A stretch of DNA of 64,000 nucleotides from Octopus sinensis. Taxonomy: Eukaryota. The translations under genes and the position numbers were made by a program. Of this stretch, positions 23,831 to 38,859 are shown in pieces (the first letter of the stretch is position 1; each line of letters opens with the position of its first letter). The notes under the pieces are model-generated. The model was given only the letters and a program-made list of their open reading frames with translations. It was not told the origin of the DNA and searched no databases. Location: assembly GCF_006345805.1 (NCBI RefSeq), contig NC_042999.1, forward strand, positions 94,922,001 through 94,986,000. Reading direction: 5' to 3'.

Positions 23831-24757
23831 GGAGAGCAGTGAAGACAATCATGCATGCTGATGATAATGAAAATGATGATGATGATGTAGTGGCAGAATA
23901 TGTTGGTGATGCTGATACTGATTATATCATTACTGCTGCTACATATGTGAAAGTGTGTCTGCGTGTGCATATGAGTTATATAGGAATGTTTATACTTACG
24001 TAGGAAGAGAGAGAGAGAAAGAGAAGCATATATAATGCATGTTTGTATTTAGATATTCAGCTTATGCAGATTATTTTCTAAAATACATTTGTAAATTGAT
24101 TCTTATTTAAAATGTACCCGCTACCAATGTTGGTGGAAGGAGACTTATTTACAATATCATAATTTGAGCCTTATATACAGAAAATTTACCGACCTTAAAC
24201 AATGCCACCCGGGACAAACCGCTTTCTTACGATCCTTCCCCGTTTAGTTACACAGGAGATCTATCAACCAACATAACTACACGTCTCTATAACTACATCA
24301 CTATATAAATTATATAGAACTACATAAGTTTACCTTCAAACTTTACAGAAGTTATGACGTTCTGGACTCAGACATTTTTCTCGTGATGGAATTAACGAAA
24401 AATAAATGAAAATTTTTAGAACCTCATTTTTAAGATTATAATCTTTTGAACAAGATTTCCAGTATGTCTCTCGGAATATATTTATTCTAAAACCAGTCTG
24501 GAACTAGAAACACAACTGATTAATTTCTGAATCTTAAGTAATAAAATGACAAGAGAGAGGTCATAAAGAACGAATACTAGGAATGTTTGGCTCTGGTATT
24601 ATCTGAAGGATCTATGAAAGTTGGCATCTTCTGTCCATGACAAAAATAATGTTCTTTAAAACAGCAGATAATATTGATTAAATGAAGAAATCAAATGAAT
24701 ACGTATCGGTCAAATATCAAAACTTCGTCATTGTAGTCGACTTAACAACGGTTTAAG

Positions 24758-24814
<57 letters not shown>

Positions 24815-25010
24815 ATCATATTTGCTCATGCAAATAAAACCATGTGTTTGTGCATATGCTATATTTATATAATGTATACTACAATACTGATACGAAACAA
24901 CTGCGATATTTTCAGTGCTTCAAGGTTACTTTCGAGTGAGAATGATACATGAAAAAGAAAACATATTAATGTGTGGTATGCGTGTGTATGTGTGTGTATG
25001 TCTGTGTGTT

Positions 25011-25065
<55 letters not shown>

Positions 25066-25699
25066 TATACACATACGTTAGTGTTTCACATACTTAATAT
25101 AATTAATAGGAAGGCTAACTGAATGTCTCTTAGGCACAGTGATTAGTGACATTTGGGATATGTTAAGAATACAAGAGGAGAAAGAGAAAGGAGGAAGGAC
25201 TAAGGGAGGGGAGAAGAAGGGGAGATAGAAAGGATAGAGAAAAGAAAAGGAAGCAGGTTAGAAGAAATAATATATCTGGGAACGGTTTGTCAATTACGGG
25301 TGGCTGGTGCTAATGACATTTCAAGATTCCGATTTTGTTTTTTGGAGTCAGAAAACAGGACAAGAGAAAAAGAAAAATGAAAGAAAGAAGAAAAGAAAGC
25401 GATGAAAGAGAAAGTAAAACTTCTAACAACCAATACATGCAGTTTCGCCCGGACTGTGATATTCACGACTATGACATTGGAAATACTGTTTGCAGTTAAT
25501 ATAAAGGTGTGTTGAAATCCGAGTGATGTGGGCATGTCTAAGACAGCTAATTCAAATATATAGGAATTTAAAATGAAATTTATTATGGTGTGAGCAATTT
25601 CAAATGGGTTGTGAAGATCCTTAATTACATTTATATTTGCAGTTAACAGATTTAATTGGCAATATAAGAGGGAGATTACATTACTGGGGATGGCGAAGG

Positions 25700-26900
25700 A
25701 GAAACATGTCGACGTTTGGAGACGTCAATATAGTAGCTGATGTTAAGATCAACCCTGATAAGTCAATGGGCTTGTGTCTCGGCACATTTAGAGTTACAAA
25801 ATATCCTCAGCAACGAGGACACAGACTGACAGTGGACAACATTGTAGGATGTAGGACTAAGTAAACTCTTTAGGGTTCGATTATGTTCAGACTTTCAAGT
25901 GCACGGGAATTTGGCCCGATGAGGGATAGAGATGGCAAATACCTTTTAATCACCGCCTGATTAGATAAGGGGGTCTAGTATTCATGTTTTATTGTGTGTG
26001 TTTTTTTTTTTGAAAGGACACGTTGCACTGGTCAGGCTGTCCATCTACTGCCAATCCCCTTTGCACGGCGAATTAGGCATGACTGACTGCTTATGCCATG
26101 ACCAAGACTGTGCTCTATGCAAAGATTACAAACAATGAATGGGAACAATCACTGTTTCTTAGGGCATGTCATTCCTCAACTCGTTTCTGGGACGGTGCTA
26201 CTTTCCTGAGTAAAGCAAAAACTGAAACTAGGCCCATGACTGCTATCGTCAAATGCTCATTTCCTAATATCATATGGGTAATGGGATCGGTAGATATTTC
26301 ACTCCAGCAACTCATAAAGGAATAGCAGTGGATAAGAGTGACGATGTTGTCAAGGAAACTCTGAGCGTCGGCAAAAATGAACTCGTAGTTCGTTCACCAT
26401 AGCTTGCAGACTACTATGGACAACTTGTAGAAGTCTTACGCCTAGTGGTGCTAGTGAGAGGTGCTCCATGTTTAAGATTCAATCTACACGCACGGAAGTG
26501 CTGTCAGACGCATTTCTATCCGATGAGCATTGAGCGAGAAGCAGTTCAGCGCGCATCCTCTCTTGTTGACTCGTGGAATTATACCGAACTGCTTTCACGT
26601 GTGGGGTGGCTATGAGTCTTTCGTGTTGATAATCTTTTTGCCCTCCTTTAACCACGCTAAAAAGGAGTTTTGACTATAGCGTAGGAGGTTGTGTGATGGA
26701 CAGAGTTGAGAGATCTGAGGGAAAATATTACCTTCTTAGGCAGAGTCGTAAATTTTTTTAAAATTTCATTTGCAGAGAATGGTAATGGTAGAGTAATCGA
26801 TGCTGTCCGCCTATGAATTTTTACAAAGATAGGGAAAAGTGGTGAAACTGACAAGAGTGGGTGGAACTAGAGTATAAGACAGTTATAGGCGACATTTGCG
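25700..26900 (+). mobile_element. Highly decayed L1/Tx1-like LINE ORF2 3' fragment
   Basis: Motif relics across frames: INPDKSMGLCLGTFR, FF.KG..ALVRLSIYCQSPLHGELGM (GGLG motif), RGAP before a Cys-rich region; many stops. Confidence 0.55.
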
Positions 26901-27155
26901 CATGGTTGTTCTGGGTGATCTTGGACCTGTGGTGTAACACCGAGTTGGAGGTTTTCGCATATCGGTGTTAGAGCACCATCCTCTTTCATTGTTTGTATTC
27001 TATGTATACTTGTATTTCATATTTCCCCACCCCAACGCTTTTGATTTTTCAATGCAAATTGCTACACTTTATGTATACCTTCGTGTTTGTCTCCCTCATA
27101 CACAGATGGCAAATAAAAGCATCCACCATCATCATTGCCACCATCATCATTGATA

Positions 27156-27215
<60 letters not shown>

Positions 27216-27723
27216 GTGCAAGATGTATAGTGAAAGATAATAGCGATAAGAAATCGTTGTGGAAATGGCTAGATCTGATAATATTCATAATAATGTGAGG
27301 TAAAGAATATTCATTGTAAAATATTTAGAATAATACAACTTTCTCTGCACTTCACCAGAAGTGTTGTAACAATAACCACTATCTCGATATTGTTATTTTA
27401 AAATGTTTTAGATAGTTTGATATAGTGTAGACGACCCCATTGTTCTATATGTATATTATATAGCTACTGTTGTTGTTATTATTATTATTATTATTTACTT
27501 TTTCTATTCTCGAGCGCATTATCGTTACAGTAATAAATATTTATCACTGATAACTTGCCGGACTAAGTGCCAAATAACAGATTATGTTATTTGTCTGTAT
27601 GGGTGCGTACATGTGTGATTGTGTGTGTGTGTACAAAGTAAGATGGTTATATAGGTAGAGTATGTGGACCTATTTGTGTGTACTACGTTTTATATAAGTA
27701 TATATTTATACAAATATGTCCAT

Positions 27724-27755
<32 letters not shown>

Positions 27756-28279
27756 ATGAATATGTATATATATACATATATACATTTAGCCCCCTATCTA
27801 TGCATAAATATAAGTATTTATCTATACGTAACATAGATACATACATGTATGCATACGTAGATAGGCTACTTTTCTTTCTCTCCGTTGAAGCTGGAACAAG
27901 GAAGTCGTGTTCTTTTTTGTCTCCTGTCCTAGCTTCATTTACGCGCACCTCATCATAACTTCATTTAGGCTTAGCAGCTCTTTCTGTTTGTTTTCACTGT
28001 CCTGTTTGTGTTACCTATTTTAAACCTCCGCAAAATCTCAAATTTTATTTAATTTTCTTTGCGGGAGCAACTGTTTTATCAAAGGTGTATATTGTTGTTA
28101 AATGCTCGAAATACGGGACTTGAAGGACAGCCAACAACTGATGAAGGGTCGTACTTTATGTTGTTTGTTTTGTTTTCCATTTGTGTCTCTCGTTGTTTGA
28201 AAGCATAGTTCATGTTCCATGTTCTCGTGCTTCGCACTTTTTTATTGTACATGTTCCTTGACGTCCTGTGCCCACATAT

Positions 28280-28356
<77 letters not shown>

Positions 28357-28513
28357 GTATAGATGTAAGTATGTATATATGCATATATATATTATTTATA
28401 TTATTATATGATTGAACGCCACGCAACCTCTTCCAAGTATATATATATATATACATAAATATATATACATAGATATATACATAGATATTTATATATATAC
28501 ATATATATGTATG

Positions 28514-28560
<47 letters not shown>

Positions 28561-28576
28561 GTATTATATATATATG

Positions 28577-28648
<72 letters not shown>

Positions 28649-28659
28649 ATATATATATA

Positions 28660-28866
28660 AAGTTAATCCAAACAAGAAAACACAAAAAAAACACAACAAC
28701 GCGAGGACGTGGAACAAATATAGTATTATTGGACGCTCTGGAAAGAAGGAAAGAAGGAGGGCCTATCGTTTTGAGCGGAGCTCTTCGTCGGAAACATAGG
28801 AGAAGGAAAGATCCAGAGAAGGAAAGACAGAGGGAAAAAATCGCCAACGGTACACACGAGGTCACA
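28660..28866 (-). mobile_element. Short PLE-terminus-like element with a decayed hammerhead (28761-28795)
   Basis: Reverse complement CCGACGA-A-GAGC(UCC)GCUC-AAAACGAU; closely similar to 63240-63415; flanked by (TA)n. Confidence 0.7.
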
Positions 28867-28868
28867 TG

Positions 28869-28927
<59 letters not shown>

Positions 28928-29739
28928 ATGGAGGTACGCATGTATGTATGCATGCATGTGTGTGTGTGTGTGTGTGTGTATGGAGGTACGCATGTATGTA
29001 TGTATGCATGTATGAATGTATGCATACGTAATTATTATATACACATGTGTCTACGAGTAACGTTAAGTATTTTTATTGTTTTGAAGAAAGCAAATAATGT
29101 TTGACTATACACACACACACACACATTCTCACACTCGCATGCACACACACTCACACACACACACATATATATATATATATGTGTGTATGTATATATAATA
29201 TTTATACATAAATATATACGTATATATAAATATATATATATTATTTAATCATATATTTATGATGATTAAACTAAGGATGAACAAGTTTTCTCATTCATTC
29301 CACTTCAAATGGACAGCGTATGGCAAACCATAACCAAGGATACTTCAGCTTCTTATAATACGCCTTTGTCGCTTTATCTTTGTTGGCCAATAGTGAAATT
29401 TTATCTTTTTTAATAAAAAAAAGTCTTGTGTAAAGCTAACATTTAGTAGCGATTCAATAAACGAATGTTTTCTTGGTATCCCTATTGTTTACTTGTGTGT
29501 GTGTGTGTTTGACTGTGTGCATTTGAGAATTCATCTTCCCCATCTGTAGTTGTTGAGACCTAACTCGTTTATTCATCATTTCTTCTTTGCTTTTAACTTC
29601 CCGCTTTTGAGTATTGTTATTTTGTGCTACCTCCTCGATATATCTTACCGACTCTGCTGTCATTTTCCTTTCTAATCTCATTCTCGTCTGATGCATATTA
29701 TTTTGCCACATCAAATCACACTTAACTAAATCAACATAT

Positions 29740-30520
29740 GGTTTCTGTAGGCTTTCCGAATCAAACGAGCGTTCAACTGACTGGAAATGGGTCCCTCAAT
29801 GAGTGATCTATTTAGATCGGCTATACCGATCACAGACTTATGATATATTACCAAACAACTGAACATCTCTACAATTTACGTTATTTGTATGAACTTCCTG
29901 ATTGAATATCCTATCTTCACGACAAGTCGTGATTCGCCCAAGTCCACCTCGCGCTTCCGAATGATCCAGTTGAACCAGTCGATATTTGAAAATTTCTGAA
30001 TAGTATTAACAAGTCCTTCCTTTTCATCCGTCTGTAATAAGATCGTAAAACAGATAACGCTCGTATGTGTCCCTGATGCCATTTCAGATACCATTTCACA
30101 AACCTATTAATACTTATGAACAAGGTGTATCTGGCATTGTCCCGATGCATCTAGGAAGTCTGGATCATAAACAGCAAACAGCCTCAGTACACCACCTTGA
30201 TTTATCCTAACATCTAGAATCACTAACCTTCCATTAGAGCCTGATGAGATCATCATTATTTAGAAATTTAATATTTTCTTAAACAAAAAGTTCACCTCAC
30301 AAGATTCAGGTCGACGGGATAAGTCTTAAATCTCATACAGGGCTTCATAAGTGTGATTGGCCATGTGTCAGAAATCATAGACTAGCGGTAGCTAACCACA
30401 TTCAAACCAAGTAACCTTATCTCTGAGGATTTAATGCTACTTCCTGGCACCCATCGATAGGCCATCGACATCGAAAAGTTTATTTTAAACCTAGCGTTAA
30501 TGCACTCAAAGATAAATAGC
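29740..30520 (-). mobile_element. Decayed L1/Tx1-like LINE AP-endonuclease fragment
   Basis: Minus strand NGRLVILDVRINQGGVLRLFAVYDP (compare GRLVVLDV...RLVAVYAP), plus an HKSV (SDH-like) relic and a QLNARL (WKLN.SLL-like) relic. Confidence 0.6.
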
Positions 30521-30854
30521 CCTTTTATTCTGGACCTCCAAAGGCAACTGCGGTGTTCAGAGGCCTAGGCTAAAAAAAGACTACATCTATACCTTACCTC
30601 CCTGATTAGCATCATATTTTTTCTTCTTTTCTTTTTTCTAAGTTTGTCTGTACTTCCCATTGTCTAGTCAAGAACTGTAAAGTTGAAGAAATCTGAACGG
30701 AAAACGATAATTTTTTAAAGAGCTCAATCTTCCCAGTCTTTGCTGCGTTCCGGGGGCCATTTCAGCCATTGTTAGACATTTCTGAGACCCAACTTTCTTT
30801 TACTACCACTTGGTATCTGTAAGTGTTTATTATAGAAACGAAATGCATTTATTT

Positions 30855-32059
30855 TCTAAAATTAAATGTTGTGAATACTAAATTACAGTTAGACAAGGTT
30901 GTGACATCTCGATTATAAATGCAGATACTTTTAAAAAAATTCGTAAACCGAGATTACGTAAAACAGCGAAAATAGCGCGTGGTGTTTCGGGCGATAAATT
31001 ACATTTCATGAGCAAAATGTGTATCGACGTCACATTTCGAGGAGAGACGCGCGAAGCAAAATTATTCGTTGTGATAATACAATCAATCTGTTTGGCACAG
31101 ACTGGTTAGATTTATGACACCCATAAATCTTTACTGAAATAACATAAATGGCTGTCCTGTTAAAAGCAAGTCTTCGGAAGAACTGAAGACAAAATTGAGA
31201 AAAATGTTCCCGTAAGTGTTATCAGAGGAATTGGGGCTATGTAGAAAGACAGAAGCTTATTTCCAAGTAAGTGAAAACGCTGTACTTATATTAAAATCAA
31301 ACAGAAAACTACCGTTCGCGGAAACTGAAACCATAAATAAAGAGTTGGACAGGCTCGAAAAGAGTGGAGTCATGAAAAAGGTAGATTACGCGAAGTGGGT
31401 GGCACCCACGGCATGTATTTAAAAAATAATAACATTAGGCTGTGTGCCGATATCTCTAGATGATTTGAACGACTGCTTAAAAACATATCACCATCCACTC
31501 CTGACTGCAAAGGACATTTCTTCAAATTTAAATGGTGGAAACATTTTTTCCAAATTAGATCTGTCTGAAGCCTGTTCACATATAAAGGTAAATGAAAAAT
31601 GCTCAAAGTACTTGACAATAAGTACACACAGACGATTGTACAGATACATACGATTACCTTTTGGATTAAGAGTGGCACCAGCAATATTTCAGCAAATCAT
31701 TGATATTATGTTATCTGATTGTGAATTTGCAATCTCGGATTTGGACGATATTTTGATCTAGAGTAATTCTCGTGAACAGTGTGCGGAACACATGAAAGCT
31801 GTGTTTAAGAAAATTAAAGTTTCCGGGTTCGCTTTGACTGAAGGAAAATGAGAATTCTTTCTATTCTAAATTAAGTACTTAGGGCAAATAAATGATAAAA
31901 GTGGTAGACGTCCTGACCCGCCGAAGGCAGATGCAATAAGCAATATTCCTTCGTTGGAAACATTCCAACTTTACAAACATTTCTTGGATTGGCAAACTAT
32001 CATCAAACTTACATTTCGAATATGCACGAGTTAAAAGCTCCTTTGAACGACTTATTAAA

Positions 32060-32062
<3 letters not shown>
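30855..32062 (+). pseudogene. Ty3/Gypsy LTR-retrotransposon pol relic (protease plus RT), no LTRs seen
   Basis: KLQLDK (protease LQLDTG), PFA..INKELDRLEKSGV..VDYAKWVAP, IRLCAD, FSKLDLSEA, RLPFGLRVAPAIFQQIID, DLDDILI (YLDD), IKYLGQI, LKAPLNDLLKK. Confidence 0.92.
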
Positions 32063-32095
<33 letters not shown>

Positions 32096-32096
<1 letters not shown>

Positions 32097-32363
32097 CTCA
32101 TTACTCTTTTACTCTTTTACTTGTTTCAGTCATTTGACTGCGGCCATATTGGAGCACCGCCTTTAGTCGAGCAAATTGACCCCAGGACTTATTCTGTGTA
32201 AGCCTAGTACTTATTCTTTCGGTTTTCTTTTGTCGAACCGCTAAGTTATGGGGACGTAAACACACCAGCTTCGGTTGTCCATCGATGTTGGGGGGACAAA
32301 TACAGACACACACACATACAAACAGACGCCCGCGCACACACACGCACACACACACACACACAC

Positions 32364-32408
<45 letters not shown>

Positions 32409-32565
32409 GACGGGCTTCTTTCAGTTCCCGTCTACCAAATTCACTCACACGGCTTTGGTCGTCCCGAGGCTATAGTAGAAGACACTTGCCCAAGGTACCA
32501 CGCAGTGGGACTGAACCCGGAACCATGTGGTTGGGAAGCAAGCTACTTACCACACAGCCACTCCT
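32096..32565 (-). mobile_element. SINE family B, full-length and well preserved
   Basis: Reverse complement aggagtggctgtgtggtaagtagcttgc...ggttcagtccc...ccttgggcaagtg, internal (TG)/(TA) tract, tail ...gaaacaagtaaaagagtaaaagag. Confidence 0.9.
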
Positions 32566-32575
32566 ATATACATAA

Positions 32576-32672
<97 letters not shown>

Positions 32673-34129
32673 TATATGCTTTCTACGAGAATTCGATCAC
32701 ACCAACACTAGCCAAGAGCAGAAGACATTTGCCCAATCCACTGTGATGTTGCATCAAACATCGTGTCAAGTGAACATTTTAAGTGAAATAATATTCTGCT
32801 AACTATATACCAAATTGTTTATATTTCTGTTATGCTTAATTGACAGTGTAATTGCTGTGTAATTTCAGTCTTCAATTGATACAAATTTATCCATATCATA
32901 TTTCATATACTGATAATGCTCTATTAACATTGAGACCACGAAAAATGTCCTTCTTTAGAGCTGTCGACACAGCTATAAATCATTCATTTAACGTTTCCGC
33001 TTCGGAATCATTTAATTGGTATTTTAATAATGAGAATATTTTCCTTTGACTGCAATATAGCATTAGCTATATTATTAATAGAAGAAATATAGAAGAACGA
33101 AAAAAATATGTTCAGTCTAGTAATATGCTGAAATAGAAATTGTGTAATATATAAACATACCGAAGGGATTATCATTGAAACACTATATAAAGGCGCTCAA
33201 TGAAGCAATCAAAATACGCAGTCCGAGATTGAGTAAAGACAAAAACAAAGAGAAAAAGGAATATATATAAATGGATATAAATGAAAGGCAATAAGGAAAT
33301 CTACGAATTCTTCATAATCCGATAATATAGTTTTAGAGCTTACTCACATGGGAAAAATAATTGTCATTTTGACCTCTGTCGATAAATTGATCTCTCGAAA
33401 AGACGGTTAAATGTTAATAGAAGCAAATAAAATAATTTTACTTTAGAGAAAGAGAAAGAGGGAGGGAGATTGCGTAGCAGTGGCAACAGTTGGCGTCTTT
33501 GGACTTAACTGGTAATTACTAAGAATCCTCAAATGACATTCTAGATTGAAGTTGTCGGGATGACGCCAGGTTGTGGCAAGCACAGTAAAAGAATAAAAGC
33601 CTGCAAGATATATTTTATATTTTAGCTAATAAAAACAGCTTATCGTCTATGAATTGGTGAAGAAGAGGAAATCATCACATCAGCATAACCTACCGATATT
33701 TTTAATGAATATTTTTGACCAAATATATTTTATGGAAATGGGTATCAATATGTTGCGAAAACTTGAATATATGCCCAAAGGGTGGATATGGAAATGGTAT
33801 AAGCAAAAGACAGCTGTAGAAATATTGCCGTCACTCACAAATATAGTGTGTAGGTGTTGTTTGTATACATTCTTAAGTAGCTACAAATCTGTATGCTTGT
33901 TCATAAATCAAGGTGTGTGTGTGTGTGTGTGTATGGGTTTGTATATGTGTTGAATGTATTTAAAGTTTATAGAAATGCGCATAAGTAGCGTCTCAGACAC
34001 AAGTAAGCGGGTATAGCAAAAGCTTTGAGAAAATAAATTGGAAAAAAAATGGAAGATGCGTACAACAAATCAGAAATTGGTATACATGTGTGTATATAAA
34101 TATTCATATTTGTATATACAGTATATATA

Positions 34130-34192
<63 letters not shown>

Positions 34193-34279
34193 TATATATA
34201 CATACATACATACATACATACATAGAAATATAGATAGAGAGCGGGAGAGATACACACAAATACCTATATAAATATGAAC

Positions 34280-34321
<42 letters not shown>

Positions 34322-34429
34322 AACTGTTACAAAAGTTACATATACAAATTACATACATGATGTAGTCAACGCTTGCATGCTGAATGTTTCACAAGTTTGC
34401 TTCAAAAAATCATATCTCGGGCACGATAC

Positions 34430-35550
34430 TACTGTGTAAAACCACAACGTCGATGTGAAGTCCTTTTTGCGGTGGCCTCTCGCTTCGACGGTGGGCATTC
34501 TTGAATTTGCTCCAAAGTTTTGCAAAAATACAGGGCATAATCTAGTTCAACATCACCCGAACTCAGCAAGACTAACAGGTGAGCAATTTTTAACCATAAA
34601 GGCAGCAGTGCGCCAATCTTACCTTTAGAGGGATGCATAAAAACATCACATATTCCTCCAATATGTGAAATTTCATGGATGATAAATCGGCTATTGAATG
34701 TGTAATTCGACCACCGACAGGGCGGTGAGATTAACGATGGATCTTCTACCAGGCAGTGCCTCAATAGCCTGACCACAATGTTTCACTGTTTCATGGGTTA
34801 TTCAAATTTTCTCAAGATCCTGATTATAGACCACTGTCAGTATTTCTCGTTAGATAGCAGACAAAGATACCTAGATCACAGTCCACAAATGCAAGAAGAA
34901 TCAACACAGAAAATTATATTCAAAAAGAAATTGGTACATGTATTAGTTTATCTGTTTTAAAGACTGAAATGAGAGATCTGAAAAGGAAATATTTCTCTGT
35001 ATAGTTTATGTCTCGCGATTTTCTCGAGTGATTAATTATAGAACATGCAATTTAGTGTCGAAATTCCTTCGGGACACTGCTGGGGAATCTATAAGGGGCT
35101 ACTGCGTAGTAATGCTTAATTTAATTTAGTGCTCCAATGACTTCTGGAGTATTGAATGTTATGTTGGATATATGTTTGAACTCGCCTTCGTTGCTACTGG
35201 CTAATCAACCTGAATGCGATCACTGAAGATGAACAGTATTATTTCTACCAAATCTCTGCTATTTGTTTGGCAACATTGTGGAGAGTGCTTCTATCATCTA
35301 TCATTAGCTAGACAGAACAGTTATTCTACATTTGTTGGCAAATAATAAGAATGCTTTGGGATTGTGTTTAGTTTTCTTATGACATTTCCTCTTCGCTCTT
35401 TTATTGTTGATGCATGTTTCTGTGCAGCTTTGTTAATGATACTTTTGCACCCCAAGTATTCTTATTGTATTTCTTCATAGGTGTCGCTGGTTGTAGTATT
35501 ATAGATTATTATTTTGTTTAATCGTTTGACTTTTTTCATTATACTTTGCA
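34430..35550 (-). mobile_element. Highly decayed Penelope-like RT relic
   Basis: Weak motif relics RLLRHCL, NYTFNSRF...CDVFM (F.FN..FY...ADIFM-like), PYRFPAVS (PLRPIVS-like); stops throughout. Confidence 0.4.
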
Positions 35551-35711
35551 TTCGAAGTATTGCAGAGATATAGGTGCTAAAATATTGTAAAATTTGAAAC
35601 ATTAAACCACCTTTCTTATTTTCCAAGCAGGTGTTCACTACAAAGACAAAATAATTAATCCGTTCCTTCTTTAGATAGTTTGTTGTGCCTACTCACATAT
35701 TGACATTGATA

Positions 35712-35718
35712 CACACAT

Positions 35719-35777
<59 letters not shown>

Positions 35778-35788
35778 TACACACACAT
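35712..35788. repeat. (CA)n microsatellite
   Basis: Seen directly. Confidence 0.95.
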
Positions 35789-37083
35789 AAGTGAACTGAT
35801 GTGAATTCGTGTGCTGAAACAAATTTTGTGTCTTGGGAGGTGCATTATACAAACAATAATAGACACACACACACTGGTTCAATGTCCGTCCTTGTTAGTC
35901 AATTTTGAGTAAATAAATAATCGACTAAATAATCAAACGTTTGTTTAATGGGGAGCCATGTCACTGATGAGGTCGCGAAAGGGCTTTGACAAACAACCGT
36001 TCGATTGTTTAACCAACACATTACGCAACTAACAATAACGAAATTATATTGAACTAGTGCACGTATTTGAGGGTAATTTACATAATGACCCTTCCATGGC
36101 ACTAGAAAAAACTTCTTTCCAAAAACGGTTAGTAACACCCTCATTTTCATAACATTGTTTTAAAAAGATAATTTGTTTAGAAAAGTGACCATAACACTTC
36201 GAAAACTGTCTTAATATATATATAAAAACGTACAAAAAAACAGAGTAGCTGAGGGAGGGGGGAGAGAGGGAGAGAAGAGTGTAGCATTTTGCTTGGAGCA
36301 TTGTGAGAAAAGTTAAATGGATTAAGAAATAATGCGTTGAAACCATTTCAATGCTTAAAAAGGATTAATAATTCATTAAATCTTTGTATTTTCGGGCGTA
36401 GCACTCATCTATAGAAACGATAGTGTACCAAGTAGCTACATATTTCAGTGAGGTGGAGTTAAATTCTCACACGTTTGGAATCGACGGCATTAATACCATA
36501 TAAGTATTGGAGTCTATTTGAACGACTGTACCCCTTCACACAAGATGTTGCGCTGTACGAATGGTAGACATTATTATTAGCCATCACATTGCACCTCAAC
36601 TTGTCCTTAAATATTACATTTAGTTCTTTTTTTTTTTTTTGATAATTTTATAAATGTTATGGCGTAAACTTTTTCATTATTCTTCGATTTTTCTATTGAT
36701 ATTGTTTGTGACTATTATTGAACTTGAATTTCCTTTTCCCGACTAAACTCGCGCTGATAAAGATCTAGTTTTGTTGTTCTTGTTTTAGCAGTTATTGTTT
36801 GACTTATTTCTTAGTTATTGATCTTTTACTTTCGTTAATTAGTTGTGTATTTCCCTATATAATTAAATAATAATAATAATAACAATAACAATGATGATGG
36901 TGGTGGTGGTGATAATTTCTTCGTTATCAGTATTATTGTTGTTGTTCTTATGATTTATATTGTTATTTCTATTTTTTATTATAATACTGATGTTGAAGTG
37001 TCTATATTTTTATCGTGTGATTCCGTTTACTGTTTGTTGCCATTTTAAATTTACTTTGATATCATTACTATTATTATTATTAA

Positions 37084-37114
<31 letters not shown>

Positions 37115-38859
37115 TGCTGTCGTTGTCGTAGTACTATGTAATAATAATAATGTATTGTTCATTAGGATACTAAAGTGTGAGGAACGTACAAGGACAGAAT
37201 ATGAAGCAGAGTGTTTGAGGGAATAAAAATTGGTAATGACAGAAAACAACGCAATGTCAAGAAAGAAAACCATTTGTCTCTAACTGGTCAAGGATTTCTA
37301 GAAATTATTCATATTCTCCTTGCTGAAAATCCTCCTTAGACTAGCAACTTGATTCTTAAGAACGTTCATGTTTCCTCACAAGTATGTCGTCATTCTTCCC
37401 ACAACTAGTCGTCAAGAAAAAGCTTACGTGGAAGTCCGATTAGCGGTTTTTCCTGACTAGCAAAGGGCTTTGAACGCCTATTAATATTCCTGATGCCAAA
37501 TTCAGTCTTCGAGTGACAAAGGGGTACCGCTTCATCAAAGGAACGAGCTATGGTAAAACATAACCTAAGAGTGAGAACACTATCTCACAGTGCAGAAACC
37601 TGTGAGGATGATGTATCTTCATTGCATATGTGTGCATTTTTAACCGTGGCATATGAAATTCACATACAGGAGTGAAAAGACTACCTGGCAGGTGGAACGA
37701 CTCTTTTCCACAAGAGGAGGAGGCAACACTCTGTTCTGATCAAATAATATAGCATGTAGTAGTATACAACGTAGGATATGTACGGGCTTGTTTACCTCAG
37801 CTTGATTTTCCAGTGATAGCTTCCTTTCCATTCATTTAAACTTAAACAGCTATTCTGGGCAGAAAATCCTTTGTGACTTTTATTCCCCTCGCGTGTGTTG
37901 CGTTTAGATATTAAAGACTCGTCGTGAACTAGTTCCCTCAACACTTGTTACAAGGCACAGCACTAGGATTTTTCCTTTTAGCTGGATTTGCAGGGTTGTC
38001 ATAAATTATGTGCCCGTAGAGATAGAACCATACAGTGACAAATGCCACGTCATCACTAAATACCCTCGCATATTATGCGACGAAAACAGATGCCAGTCCA
38101 AGGCGATGGCTGTCGCCGATATTTTTAAGATGATTTAAATCAAGATTTTTTGGCTCCAACTACTATGGGATTAATCTATGACGCGCTAACTCAACTTGCC
38201 TTTCTTCGAGGTCTCATAGTTTAGGTAACTCTTATGGTTCAATATGTTTACTCTTGAGTGATGTTAGGAATTTTACTCCGTATATTGGCAAGAGTTGCCT
38301 TTGGAGAGCACAATGAAGGCTTCTCTGTTTTTTGACATTGAAACATAGGAATATTGTTTTCGCTCTTGCATATATATACCAGCTTCAAATAGATAAACAC
38401 TTTCCTCTTGAAAGGAAGGTCTTTTTCCTATCTAAATATCCTAAATCCAAAGTTTGACTATTGTAAGTTACATTTCCAAAAGGCAAGCGAGGCTCTTCTC
38501 TCAAATTGCTATCATTTAAAAATAGTTACTATTCGTTTAGAAAATGTATGTGTATTGTTGTTATTTATGCTAAAATTACCTATAGAGCTGTTCTCGCGGA
38601 AATGTCGTTATTCTCTCCTCAAAAAGGTTTTGTTTTTATTTTGCTTTTTTTCATATTTTGTAGTTATTACAGCAGTAGGCACGTTATAAATTATATTTAG
38701 CATTCATGAGTATGACGATACCATTTATACATGCACACCAGCAAGATAGGAAAGCAGAACTCTTTTAATGTTTATTGCGTATGAGGACACTGTTAAATCT
38801 AATTTCATCCAAAAAGTTATATTTTAAGATTTTTCAGTCGCCGATATTTCTCTTTCAAA

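Noticed and set aside
24170-24750. Possible PLE GIY-YIG relic (tatcggtcaa = IGQ)
   Set aside because: Only one short motif; insufficient evidence
30855-32062. Active Gypsy element or domesticated gene
   Set aside because: Frameshifts, stops, a mutated YLDD, no LTRs or integrase; truncated at (TA)n next to a SINE
37230-38330. Possible AP-endonuclease LINE relic (GGGNTLF, FYSP)
   Set aside because: Motifs too weak to support by eye; needs BLASTX or an HMM search
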